A stretch of 64,000 nt of DNA. It comes from Chiloscyllium plagiosum (lineage: Eukaryota). This document shows, one piece after another, positions 13,708 through 25,187 of the stretch. Position 1 is the first letter of the stretch. Each line of letters begins with the position of its first letter. Below the pieces are notes generated by a model. It ran no database searches. It was given only the letters and a program-made list of their open reading frames with translations, and was not told the origin of the DNA. The DNA lies in NCBI RefSeq assembly GCF_004010195.1, contig NC_057719.1, positions 27,353,872 to 27,417,871 of the forward strand. Direction: 5' to 3'. The position numbers were made by a program, and so were the translations under genes.

Positions 13708-14663
13708 GGTGCGAATGAAATCAAGTCTCACCATTTCTACAGTCACCACAAAAGTGAAAACTTAGCGAAATTGCCACAAATCCCATTGTGCCACTAACTG
13801 ATTGCTATTCAGGATAAATGTAATCTACACCAGGCTCCTTCAATATCAATATAAGAATGACTTATTGTAATATTCTTAACTTTAATGAAAGCAGAAAACA
13901 CATAGGATTTCTAATTTATGCAAGCTAAACTTTAGCCATTTTAAAATTCCCACACTTACACAATCTCAAAGGGAAAAAAAAGACAAAACACGTAATATAA
14001 CAGGAAAGAAGAAAATGTGTGAGAATTCCAGTTCTATGTCATCAGCCCCAACACGGCAAAACTAAATGATTCTCACTCGATTTCCTTTCTTTGATGATGC
14101 TTCAGTATCGCCCAGCGATGATCAGTCTACAGTTTACTATTTACTTGGTCAGAGTGCGATCTCTCTGGTTTTTGGACTTTAGAGTTATTTCTTTCAGTAT
14201 TTCTGAATGTATTTTTCTGCACTATCAACAGAAAATTGGAGAAAGCAACTATACAAGGGAAAGGTAAAGGGGGAAAGGAAAGAACTGCTGTAGTTAATGT
14301 CTCCTTTCATCATTCTCTGTTTAATTTCCCTCACAGGGTCTATGTTAAACTGCAAACTGACCAGATGCTTGTTACTATGCTGAGCTCTCCTGAATCCATA
14401 ACAAATAGTCCATTTTTTTCTAGATTCAATGTATTCAAAAAGGAATTTTGGACTAAATCATACTTTTTCTGCATATGTATAAGTTTCAGAGGTTTTGGAG
14501 AGTATCTTGTGGCATGGTCTAGTGGGATTTCTCACTGTATCGTACCAAACACACCTCATTAACTACCCAGGAGAAAGTGAGAACTGCAGATGCTGGAGAT
14601 CAGAGCTGAAACATGTGTTGCTGGAAAAGCACAGCAGGTCAGGCAGCATCCAAGTAGCAGGAG

Positions 14664-14699
14664 AATCGACGTTTCGGGCATAAGCCCTTCTTCAGGAAT
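14664..14699 (-). ncRNA. Minimal hammerhead ribozyme motif
   Basis: ATTC-CTGAAGA-A-GGGC ttat GCCC-GAAA-CG-TC-GATT; weak stem I. Confidence 0.6.
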
Positions 14700-15546
14700 G
14701 AGGAAGGTGTGCCAAGCAGGCTAAGATAAAAGGTAGGGAGGACGGACTTGGGGGAGGGGTGTTGGGAATCCGATAGGTGGAAGGAGGTTAAGGTGAGGGT
14801 GATAGGCCACAGAGGAGGTGGGTGCGGAGAGGCCGGGAAGAAGATTGCAGGTCAAGAAGGCGGTGCTGAGTCCGAGAGTTGGGACTGAGACAAGGTGGGG
14901 GGAGGGGAAATGAGGAAGCTGGAGAAATTTGCATTCATCCCTTGTGGTTGGAGGGTTCCTTGGCGGAAGATGAGGCGCTCTTCCTCCAGGCATTGTGTTG
15001 CCATGGTCTGGCGATGGAGGAGGCCAAGGACCTGCATGTCCTTGGCAGAGTGGGAGGGGGAGTTAAAGTGTTCAGCCACGGGCGGTTGGGTTGGTTGGTG
15101 TGGGTGTCCCAGAGGTGTTCTCTGAAACGTTCCGTAAGTAGCCGGCCTGTCTCCCCAATGTAGAGGAGGCCACAACAGGTGCAGCGGATGCAGTAAATGA
15201 TGTGAGTGGAGGTGCAGGTGAATTTGTGATGGATATGGAAGGATCCCTTGGGGCCTTGGAGGGAAGCGAGGGGGAGGTGTGGGCGCAGGTTTTGCATTTC
15301 TTGCGGTTGCAGGGGAAGGTGCCTTCTGGATCCAAACAGACGCCACCCCTCCCTTATCAGCATTCCGGAAAGACCACTCCCTCCGCGACTCCCTCGTCAG
15401 GTCCACACCCCCCACCAACCCAACCTCCACTCCCAGCACCTGCAATCTTCTTGGTAAAAACAATGACTGCAGATGCTGGAAACCAGATTCTGGATCAGTG
15501 GTGCTGGAAGAACACAGCAATTCAGGCAGCATCCGACGAGCAGCAA

Positions 15547-15582
15547 AATCGACGTTTCGGGCAAAAGCCCTTCATCAGGAAT
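15547..15582 (-). ncRNA. Minimal hammerhead ribozyme motif
   Basis: ATTC-CTGATGA-A-GGGC tttt GCCC-GAAA-CG-TC-GATT. Confidence 0.6.
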
Positions 15583-16246
15583 AAAGCGACGTTAGGGCTC
15601 CAGCACCACTGATCCAGAATCTGGTTTCCAGAATCTGCAGTCATTGTTTTTACCAAGAAGATTGCAGGTGCTGGGAGTGGAGGTTGGGTTGGTGGGGGGG
15701 TGTGGACCTGACGAGGGAGTCGCGGAGGGAGTGGTCTTTCCGGAATGCTGATAAGGGAGGGGAGGGAAATATATCCTTGGTGATGGTGTCTGTTTGGATC
15801 CAGAAGGCACCTTCCCCTGCAACCACAAGAAATGCAAAACCTGTGCCCACACCTCCCCCCTCGCTTCCCTCCAAGGCCCCAAGGGATCCTTCCATATCCA
15901 TCACAAATTCACCTGCACCTCATTTACTGTATCCGCTGCACCTGATGTGGCCTCCTCTACATTGAGGAGACAGGCCGCCTACTTACGGAACGTTTCAGAG
16001 AACACCTCTGGGACACCCACACCAACCAACCCAACCGCCCGTGGCTGAACACTTTAACTCCCCCTCCCACTCTGCCAAAGACATGCAGGTCCTTGGCCTC
16101 CTCCATCGCCAGGCCACGGCAACACAATGCCTGGAGGAAGAGCGCCTCATCTTTCGCCAAGGAACCCTCCAACCACAAGGGATGAATGCAGATTTCTCCA
16201 GCTTCCTCATTTCCCCTCCCCCCACCTTGTCTCAGTCCCAGGCTTT

Positions 16247-16282
16247 ATTCCTGATGAAGGGCTTTTGCCCGAAACGTCGATT
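16247..16282 (+). ncRNA. Minimal hammerhead ribozyme motif
   Basis: ATTC-CTGATGA-A-GGGC tttt GCCC-GAAA-CG-TC-GATT. Confidence 0.6.
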
Positions 16283-16493
16283 TTGCTGCTCGTCGGATGC
16301 TGCCTGAATTGCTGTGCTCTTCCAGCACCACTGATCCAGAACCTGCAATCTTCTTCCCGACCTCTCCGCCCCCATCCCCTCTCTGGCCTATCACCCTCAC
16401 CTTAGCCTCCTTCCACCTATCGGATTCCCAATGCCCCTCCCCCAAGTCCCTACTCCCTACCTTTTATCTTATCCTTTTTGGCACACCTTCCTC

Positions 16494-16529
16494 ATTCCTG
16501 AAGAAGGGCTTATGCCCGAAACGTCGATT
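16494..16529 (+). ncRNA. Minimal hammerhead ribozyme motif
   Basis: ATTC-CTGAAGA-A-GGGC ttat GCCC-GAAA-CG-TC-GATT. Confidence 0.6.
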
Positions 16530-17092
16530 CTCCTGCTCCTTGGATGCTGCCTGACCTGCTGCGCTTTTCCAGCAACACATTTTTCAGCTCATTAACTACC
16601 TACTCTAACAGCTAATTCTATCCTCATCTTACCATACACCATTCCCAGAACCATTTGCCAGTCACTGGGCATCCACAAGAAAATCAACAGTCGTTTCTTT
16701 TGGTACATTTTACACTGTCAATTCACTCTTTTATACTGGCCTGTGCATTTTCATTTACATTCTCAATAAAATATCTTTCCTAGATTCTCAGTTAAGTTGC
16801 ACAATTGATGTTGTCAGATTAGAACCTCAGTAGCAGAAACAACCATCCATATAGATTTTAATATCTAGTTCATTTGACTCTAGGAAAACATAGTTCACAG
16901 TCCAAAATAGATGGGGTCTGTTGAAGTCTTATTAAAAAGTTAAATTTGTGCCTTCAAACATGTTTCTTTACCAGGAGATGGGACATTAGAATGTTTGGAA
17001 CTGCATTTCAAATGGCTGCTGTTATTTTTATATCGGAGTAGTGACCAAAGCTAATTGAAAATCTTTGAAGTGTAATGCAGTTTGGGATGTCC

Positions 17093-17521
17093 TGAGACAG
17101 TCTCAGTGATGTAAATAACCAAGTCAATTTTATAAGGACTGAATCCATGATAGTTTTGCAGCTGTGTTTCATTTTGTTTCTAGGTATCTGGTAACCTTTA
17201 ATGGAATATGATGACCTAGTCCAGAGCAATGTGTAGCAAATAACAGCTTGTGCAATGACAGTAATAGTATATCATGGCATGAAAACCAGAAAGAGATAAA
17301 ACTAAGGTCAGAAATTAAAGTTAATCAGAGTCGAGAGTGATGAAGGAAGGGCTTATGCCCAAAATGTTGATTCTCCTGCTCCTCGGATGGTGACCTGCTG
17401 TGCCTTTCTAACACCACACGTTCGACTCTGATCTCCAACATCTTCAGTCCTCACTTTCTCCTCATTAAAGCCAATCATATAGATTTAGTTATTCTGTAAT
17501 TATTTTAATTGAGTATCTCTG
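17093..17521 (+). repeat. Local direct duplication, copy 1 (copy 2 at 18557-18835)
   Basis: Manual alignment; copy 1 carries an extra PLE mini-element. Confidence 0.9.
17328..17463 (+). mobile_element. Miniature PLE pLTR element
   Basis: Ends ..CAGTCCTCACTTTCTC; decayed hammerhead; TSD ATTAAAG(TT/CC)AATCA; absent from duplicate copy 2. Confidence 0.8.
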
Positions 17522-18556
17522 AAAGCTGTTGTAAGATGTTAGCTCTTCCTCCTTAAATGCATAAGGCATCTGTATGTTTTTTTTATGATTAGCCAAACTA
17601 ATCTCACATAACTTGAACATTATGAGAGGTAGATTGCTGGCCACCCACCACCAACAGCTGAGCGGCAGCAAGCTGATGGAGCAGAAACGAGTCAACACTG
17701 TGATTACTGTAACTCACCTGGGTGGGCGACATCGCTTCATCTCGTGACTTCAGCACTTTTCTACTTTAGCAGTACCAGCAGTGCCCTGAGATGCATAATG
17801 CACCCTGCCAGTACTGCATGCGGGTACATGGAAAAGGCAGACATTGATCCTACAGGGAGGTAAATCTGGGATAATGGGTCAGGGAGGATTTGGAAAGTAT
17901 AGGGTGGAGTAGGACAAGGGATAGGGGTTCAGTTGGACTTTTCGGAGTTGTGGGTTAGAAGCAAGCTGGTGCTACCTTCAGAAAGAGTGCCCCAGAGCAG
18001 AAAGTGTATAACTGAGCATGATACTGACCCTTTCTTTAATAATCGGCCTGCCCACTCCAGCCCAGCTTTTGGCTTGGACAATGTATTATAAAGGTCAATT
18101 GAACTTTTGACAAGCTCAATTAAATCTTAGTTATTTATTTACATTTGGTGGGGGGCTTATTGATTTTCGTGCCTACCCAACCTCCCTATTATGAGGTAAG
18201 TTCAGGAATGACTGGGAATGCAGTGATCTAACCACCTGACTGATATTAAATACACTTGGCAGTAATACATAATATTCATCTCTAAGTTTACAATTAAAAG
18301 TAATACAGTTTTACAACCAAAATAAAATTCTGGGGAAATATTCTGATCTCAATTGCTTTGGACTTTCAGGAAATATTATTTGATGCATTTTTAATAACTT
18401 TATTTTGATTGTTTATTTCACTGGAATCTTCTTATTTTAATGTTTTAGGAAAGAATATTGAAAATAAACCACTAAAATAAATCAACTTGTGCTGATAAAA
18501 ATAGTTGGTACCCAAAACACAATGACAGGAGGCAATGCATAAAAAAAATGTGCATT

Positions 18557-18835
18557 TGAGACAGTCTCAGTAATGTAAACAACCAAGTCAATTTTATAAG
18601 GACTGAATCCATGATAGTTTTGCAGCTGCCTTTCATTTTGTTTCTAGGTATCTGGTAACCTTTAATGGAATATGATGACCTAGTCCATAGCAATGTGTAG
18701 TAAATAACAGATCGGGCAATGGCAGTCATAGTACATCTTAGCATGTAAACCAGGAAGAAATAAAACTAAGATAAAAAGTTTATGACAATCTTATAGATTT
18801 AATTATTCCACAATTATTTGAATTGAGTGTCTCTG
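18557..18835 (+). repeat. Local direct duplication, copy 2
   Basis: First ~154 nt differ from copy 1 at 6 positions; the remainder is about 80% identical (by eye). Confidence 0.9.
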
Positions 18836-21800
18836 TGATCACAATAGCCACCATAGTCAGATTCATACATATGGTCCAAGCTGACCCTGCTATCTGCCAC
18901 TCTCTACTCTCGATAACATCTCTCTAGCTTTCAGCTCTGATCATCTGGCCAAAATACTGACAATATTTTGCTGGATGTCACTTTTCAAGTTAGTTATTTT
19001 TGCTGTTGCAATTTCAACCCCACCCCCCTTTCATTTGTCGTATGATCACTATTTGGAAGTTCAGCATATGTCTTGGCATTCACGTTTCAAAGCCCTCGAA
19101 TTTATTCTATAGATTTCTGCTTATTTCTGAAACGTACAGGAAACTAAATTGAATTCACCATCTTAAGATTTTTTTTTCATTGTTACAAGCTCAAGTTTTC
19201 CTTCTTTTAATTCAGCTTAACAAAATGACTTCTTGCCATATCTATTCTTCAAACCTCTGTAATACATCCGTAATCTTCTGGTATCAATTGTCCTAAATGG
19301 ACAGAAGTATGTATTTGTTCCTCACCTCACTTCCATCTCACACACACCTTCCTGTCAGTGATCATTATTATTATGGCTAGTACTCCCTTGAATTATGCAC
19401 ATGAATATCTTCCGTCTTCAAATATATCTCCTTACTCACATTGCCTCCTTCTAACCTATGTAATGTAGTCAAATGAACATAATGGGAAATAAAGAATCTT
19501 AAAACTTGTTTGCATCATGTGTTAAAATTTGTTCATCTCATCCCACCTACATCATGTGTCAAAAGCAGAATTAAGATTATAGTGGGAATCTCTTGATGAA
19601 TTGACATTAATGCTCCACATGAAGTTTCATAGAGTGAAAGATTACTACTGAAAGTAAAGGAAGAATTAGAGTATGTCATTCACATGTGTGTCACTGCAGC
19701 CCTCGACTGCAGTGGAAGAGATTCTTTGCTATGGTAGGATTGTTCCCATTGAAGATCAGACTAGCTCCAACACTGACGTACAAAATTTGTACCATTGCCT
19801 ATTTTCTTTTGAGGAATCAATTTGTGGATGTTCTAAAATAATGCAATTGTATTTTTTTTTACTCCATGTTACCAGTGCCAGAAGCCATGAAGAGAAATCC
19901 CAAAGCAAACTGTATTCTCTTCTCTAGTTCCCTTTTTAACTTCTGTTTATTTTGAAAATGGAAAGACTTGCTGGACACATAAAATGGCTGAGGCTGAATA
20001 TATGATCATATTTTCAGCAGCTTCTGAATACCCTGCATTCTGTAGATATTCCAGCTAAAGGTGACGCACAGGACCTGGATACTGATTCCAGCAAGCTCTG
20101 GCCAAAGGAAGACATCAACACACATGATGCTAAAATGAGCACCGATGCTTTTACAAGTACCTTGTCACCTCGCAGTGCAAACTCTGATCAGGGAGTTAAA
20201 GTTGCACTGTTAGGTCCGCAGCCATCCAGTTAGAATTCAGAGGAAGGCCATCAGCATCTGAAATGGCTGCCCCCGTCACACGATTGAAACCATGACTGGC
20301 TGGATTGCTTAAATATACCTTCTGGATGTCTAAGTCAGTTGTTGTTTGACATCCAGAGGGAAAGCAGGACTTGAGCAGTCTGCCTTGAATCCTCCATCGC
20401 TTTCTCCAAGTTGCTCTCTGGAAAGAAGCGAAAACTATTGGGCCCAGCTCACCACAGAAACTATAATTGAACACTGACCTACAGAAAATTGTAACTCATA
20501 TGAACTGACTTTTTGTTAAAGCTCTCTAGATTTAATAAAACCTGCCATTTTGAACTCATTTCCTTTCTTGTCCTGTCTCCCTTAATTTCCCAAGTGCTTG
20601 TCTGTGTGAAAAGTTAACCACATCCTTATGCATTCCAGGCCAATAAAAATATCTTTGTAACATAGCCTGAGTCTTTTGTACTCCTAGGTGACTTCCTACA
20701 GGTAGTTCATGTGCTACCCATAACACCTCCTGTCTGTATGCTACCGGCAACATCATCTGGTGCACTTCGGCCCATTTCTCCTCTGCGCTAACCTGCCGTG
20801 GTCTCCATTTCCATCTCAGGGTTCTACTTTCAGATAATAACCCTCAGGAATATTCTCTGCCTCCTTTTCAGAGTACATATATATCTTTTATTATCTTGTC
20901 TTGCTGTTGCAAATCCCTTAGCCTCTCAGGACTAAACACTTTTGTCTGACCCTCTGCCTATTCAGGTTACCACACAGTCTGGGAAAATACCAGGGTTCCT
21001 GTTTTAACTCCTCAGCTTCTTGGTCTTCCTTGGGCTTCTCCACAACAAGGGGTATCACTCCCACTTTGGATCCTGCCAAATCATTCCCAAGAACAAACTG
21101 AATTCCTGGAACTGACACTCTGTCAATCACTCCCACTGCAACTTGAGTTGACACTCCAACCTGATCTTACATCGGAGAAGGCTAAATTTCTGTCCATCTA
21201 GCCGACAAATTACCATACTCTCGGGTAATAGATCAGAAAGAGTGCATATTCACTCATCCCTTAATATCAGCGACTGGTTAGATCCTGTATCTCTCAAAAT
21301 TATAACTTCTTGTCCTTCTCCCCCTGTTCTTTCTGAGTAAACTTTACCCACAGACGCCAATTCTTTGCAGAGATCAGGTACTAACTCCATATCCAGCCCC
21401 TGCCCGGCTGTTCTCTCTTCTGCAGCTCCACAGCTCTTCTTGGGGTCTCCTTTATTACCTTCATTAATGCCACTGGCTTAGCTTCTTTGACCACATCTTT
21501 TCCCACAGTGCCTTTCTTTAACAACCAGCGCTGTGACTTTACATGTCCCACTTTACCACAGTGGAAACACCTGAGGCCTTTCACCCTCTTGGGCATCATT
21601 TTTAAACTGTGGTAAATTCTTACCAGTGTTTTCTATTCTTGATTTCGTAGTGTAGGATCTCCCCTTCTCCCAACTTCTATCCCTCACAGGCAGAATTCTG
21701 GCCTGCAGCTTGTCTTATGCGCCAGCAAGTACTCATCTGTTAATTCTGCTGCCCTTCTCACTTCCTGAACTTTCTGTTCCTCCATGTGAATTCTTACCAT

Positions 21801-22802
21801 CTCTGGAAGTGAGTTTTTAAATCTTTCTTGGAGCCTCAAAGGTCCTATTTTCAAAGCACGCACCCATTGATCAAAATGACTACATTTAATTCTTTTGAAC
21901 TTAACATAGGTCTGACCAGGTTACTTATTTATGTTTCTGAACCACTGTCTATACGCTTCTGATACCAATTCATAAGCACTTAAAATAACCTGTTTAACCA
22001 CTTCATAATCTCTTGACCCCTCATGTGACAGTGCGGCAAATACCTCACTAGCTCTGCCTACCAGTTTAGTCTGAACTAGCACTACCCATAAATCCTTGGG
22101 CCACTCCATCTGCCCAGCCAATTTTTCAAACAAAATAAAGAAGGCTTCAACAGCTTTTCATCAAAATGTGGCAAACTTTTGACATTTTTTATATATAACG
22201 ACCTTCTCTTTTAATCTCCATCCTATTAATTTGACTTTGCTTAATAAAGTGCAACTTCTTAAATTCAAATTTTCTCTCTTTTTATTCAGCTAAGAACCTT
22301 CTCTCTCTTTATCCTCTATCTCTCTCCTTCTCTCTCCTCTCTCTCTCTTTCTCCCTTTCTTCTCTCTCTTTGCTCATCTGAGAACCTTCTCTCTCTCTCT
22401 CTTCCCTCTCTCTCCACTGTCTTACAGTCTCTTTCTCTCTCCCTTTGTTTACCTTCTAACTCCATTTTCCTCAATTGTTACTTACGTTTTTCTAACTACT
22501 GCACTTGTCTGTTTCTCTGACACACCTACGTGTTTGAGTAACTCCCTTACAATTTCAGCTTTACTTTTGTCCTTGGTTAAACCCAAATCTAACTTCTTTG
22601 TTCATTCTAAAAGTATGGCCTTTTTCTTTCCTTCTAAGCTTTCTTAGCAAATTTGAGAATCATCTTCAAATCCCAGAATCTCTTTAGCAATTTTAAGAGG
22701 CATTTCTCTCACTTTTAATTTAATCAAACGCAAGTCACCAAAATTTAATAAATTGTCTCACTTACGTTTTATTTGAAGATCTGGGACCCCCAGCCTGCAA
22801 GT

Positions 22803-22948
22803 GTTTAAATCTGCTGGGATGTTTCATACCTCCAAATCTATTCAAATCTGTCTAAACCAGTTCAAATCACAAATCCAAGAACCAAACTGTTCAAATCATG
22901 GACAAAAGCCCCCTAAACTGTTCAAATCCCAGCGACGAGCCCCCAAAC
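22803..22948 (-). repeat. Primer binding site (tRNA-Pro) plus four degenerate tandem PBS-like units
   Basis: + strand units start (G)TTCAAATC-like at 22803, 22840, 22860, 22889, 22920; the LTR-proximal unit approximates tRNA-Pro 3' end GTTCAAATCCCGGACGAGCCCCCA. Confidence 0.8.
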
Positions 22949-23666
22949 TGTTACGACATGGGTAAACCCCCTGCATAATTTAAACAAGCAACACAGAAAA
23001 GATTTATCTTGTGCTGTGAAATATCTGTGAAAATTCGAAAGGCCAAGAACTATCCCAAAGGTCATTATTTAACTTAAAAATTAACAACTTTATTTCTTTC
23101 AGTCTAACATAAAATATTAACTAACAACTATTTACAAATCCTTCCTCTAACCTATCTTTTACCTTCCCCTTCTACAATACTAATCTGATAAAACCCCCAA
23201 TTAAAGTTTACCAAAAATTCGCATTTCAAAACCAGCCAGCTGTCGAATCTTCTCTTTGTATCTTCCTCTGTCTTCTTTTCTTCTTCTTAGGGATTATGTT
23301 TTACAGGTCTTTGATAGATAAAGGTATCTTTAAGGGAACTATTCTGCGGGCAGTCTGCATATGTTGGTGGCTTGGCAGTTCTCTTCCAACTGTTCAATTT
23401 TTTTCAGTTTTATACCCCAAAGCATCAAATCGTTTCATTGCGTTAATGTTGTCAAATTCAAACTTGATTGGAGTTTGGTATTTTGGGGCATAGTTTAAAC
23501 TGATTGGCCAAATTCAAATTTGTGTTTTTTTCTCCAGGTAACCAGCTGCACCAGCTGCTGGACCAAAAGATTATATTGCATCTTGTTCAGAACACTTGGT
23601 GCTGTCGGGTAGTTCTGCTAGCTTATCACTTTCTTAAAGGTACAGTAAACCCACATCTTCATAACA
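22949..23666 (-). mobile_element. 5' LTR of the Gmr1-like element (718 bp)
   Basis: Termini TGTTACGA...TCATAACA; PBS immediately adjacent. Confidence 0.88.
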
Positions 23667-25187
23667 AGTAGTAAAGCAGTCCCTCTGCATTTTGACAGTT
23701 TTATTAATGAACTCCATCTTTGATTTTATTCTAAAGTATTTTGTTTTGCGTTTATTTCATAAATTGGAATCCAAAAGCCAGAATTTGGGGACTACTCCAC
23801 ATTCTTCGTTCGTAAGGGAGTAAAAAAGAGGAAGGTGCGCATCAAACAATAGCTCACTGTCTCAAGCTTAAGGGGGGAAGAACGGTCATGATTTAAATTG
23901 ACCCTTGATTCCGAGTTTTGTCTGTGACATTGTAAAAGTCTTTTGACATTCACCTCTCACTATGTACAAATGTATTATCAAAAAAAAACTTTATTTGTAT
24001 TTGGCAAACATTAGCTTTATAAACAAAAAAATGACATGAATCACAGCTTCAATGAAGTAGAATAATAAATCAACAAAGAAAACAAATACACTGGTGCAAA
24101 ATTTGGTCAATTATATATGCAACTAATAATTTTTGTAAAACATTTAAAGCCAATTTTAACCGTTGTTTCATGTCACTGGAGGCAAGATTAAGGAAGTTAC
24201 TTAGTTGAGACAGAGACAAAGAAATTAAGCTGGTGCATTGATTAAATTCATCTCCATCTAAGCGAATTGACTTCTGCAAACAAAATTGATAGAAAATGCT
24301 TATAAAGCTAATGTGGTACAATGGTGGGAAACAGATGCTCCCCTTCCATTCATGTCATACTGAATTTGTCCAAGTTAGTTTAGGTCAATTTCGAAAGTGC
24401 AACCAAATTTAAAACATGATTGCATTGTTCGATTTGGCAGAACTTCGTTGAAGAATTCAGAAATAAACCTGGAAGGGCATGTCAGTTTCCCTGTTACCCC
24501 ATATCGCTTGTCAGTGCAACCATCAGAGAATGGAGCCTGTCAGCTGCACAGAGCCAGGAAGCTGAATCACATCCGAGTGAGAACATACTTTCGGGAATTC
24601 GGACCACAGTGTGGCAAAGGGCAAGGGGAGCTTTGTGCTTTCTTATTTGGTTCATAGTTGGAAAGGTTATTTTATAGGATCAACTGAAGCCCAGAATTAG
24701 GTCCCAGTACAAAAGAGAGAGTGACATCTCAGAGGTGTTCAGTTGCATGGAAAATTGTGGAAAAAGTTAAAGGGAGACCTCAGGACAAGTTAGTAAAGAT
24801 TCCAGAACTAGTTTTAGGACAGAAAGTGTGGAAGGCCTCAGGAATCTAAATTCAGGTGCAGCAGATAAGGGGAGAACTATGAGGAGAGAGGGAGTCAACG
24901 CAGGTCTGAGGGTATTGTGCTTAAATGCACGTTGTATATGAAAAAGGTAAATGAGCTTGAGCACAGATTGGATTTGGTGAGTATGATGCGTGGATCACAG
25001 AGACGTGACTGCAGGGGGACCAGGGCTAGGAACACAATACTCGAGGATACACATCCAATCAAAAGGACAGACAGATTGGCAGAGGTGATAGTCTTGGTTT
25101 TTTAGTAATAAATGAAACTAAATCAATAGCAAGAAGTGGTATAGGGTAAAAAAATGTTTATAATCTATGTGTTAGAGTTGAGGAACC

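Larger units (their letters stand above)
14568..16587. mobile_element. Composite palindromic PLE insertion (two inverted GIY-YIG plus pLTR arms)
   Basis: IIYCIRCTCCGLLYIGETGR.L..RFREH on - strand, mirrored on + strand at ~15795-16240; 13-bp TSD CTCATTAACTACC at 14555-14567 and 16588-16600. Confidence 0.92.
20540..23666 (-). mobile_element. 3'-truncated Gmr1-like Gypsy LTR retrotransposon (LTR, tRNA-Pro PBS, gag with SCAN and CCHC, protease, integrase N-terminus)
   Basis: gag ATG at 22703; FEKLA..MEWPK..YELVSEAYRQWFR (SCAN-type); CFHCGKVGH; ILRDTGS (~21281-21300); AHELPVGSHLG..KT...YFYWPGM directly after the protease, i.e. the PR-IN order of Gmr1. Confidence 0.88.

Noticed and set aside
17101..17230. 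Box C/D snoRNA in the duplicated core (TGATG, CTGA, ATGATGA)
   Set aside because: The first C-like box is mutated in copy 2, C-to-D spacing is too short, and no D box follows ATGATGA.
20018..20233. ~71-codon open stretch after TTTTCAG on + strand
   Set aside because: No recognisable homology or clear donor; compatible with chance or a decayed repeat.
22270..22445. (CT)n microsatellite as an independent feature
   Set aside because: It lies within gag on the - strand and corresponds to an E/R-rich low-complexity segment.
22803..22948. CRISPR array or tRNA genes
   Set aside because: Eukaryotic context, no cas genes, only tRNA 3' ends present, and the array sits at an LTR primer binding site.
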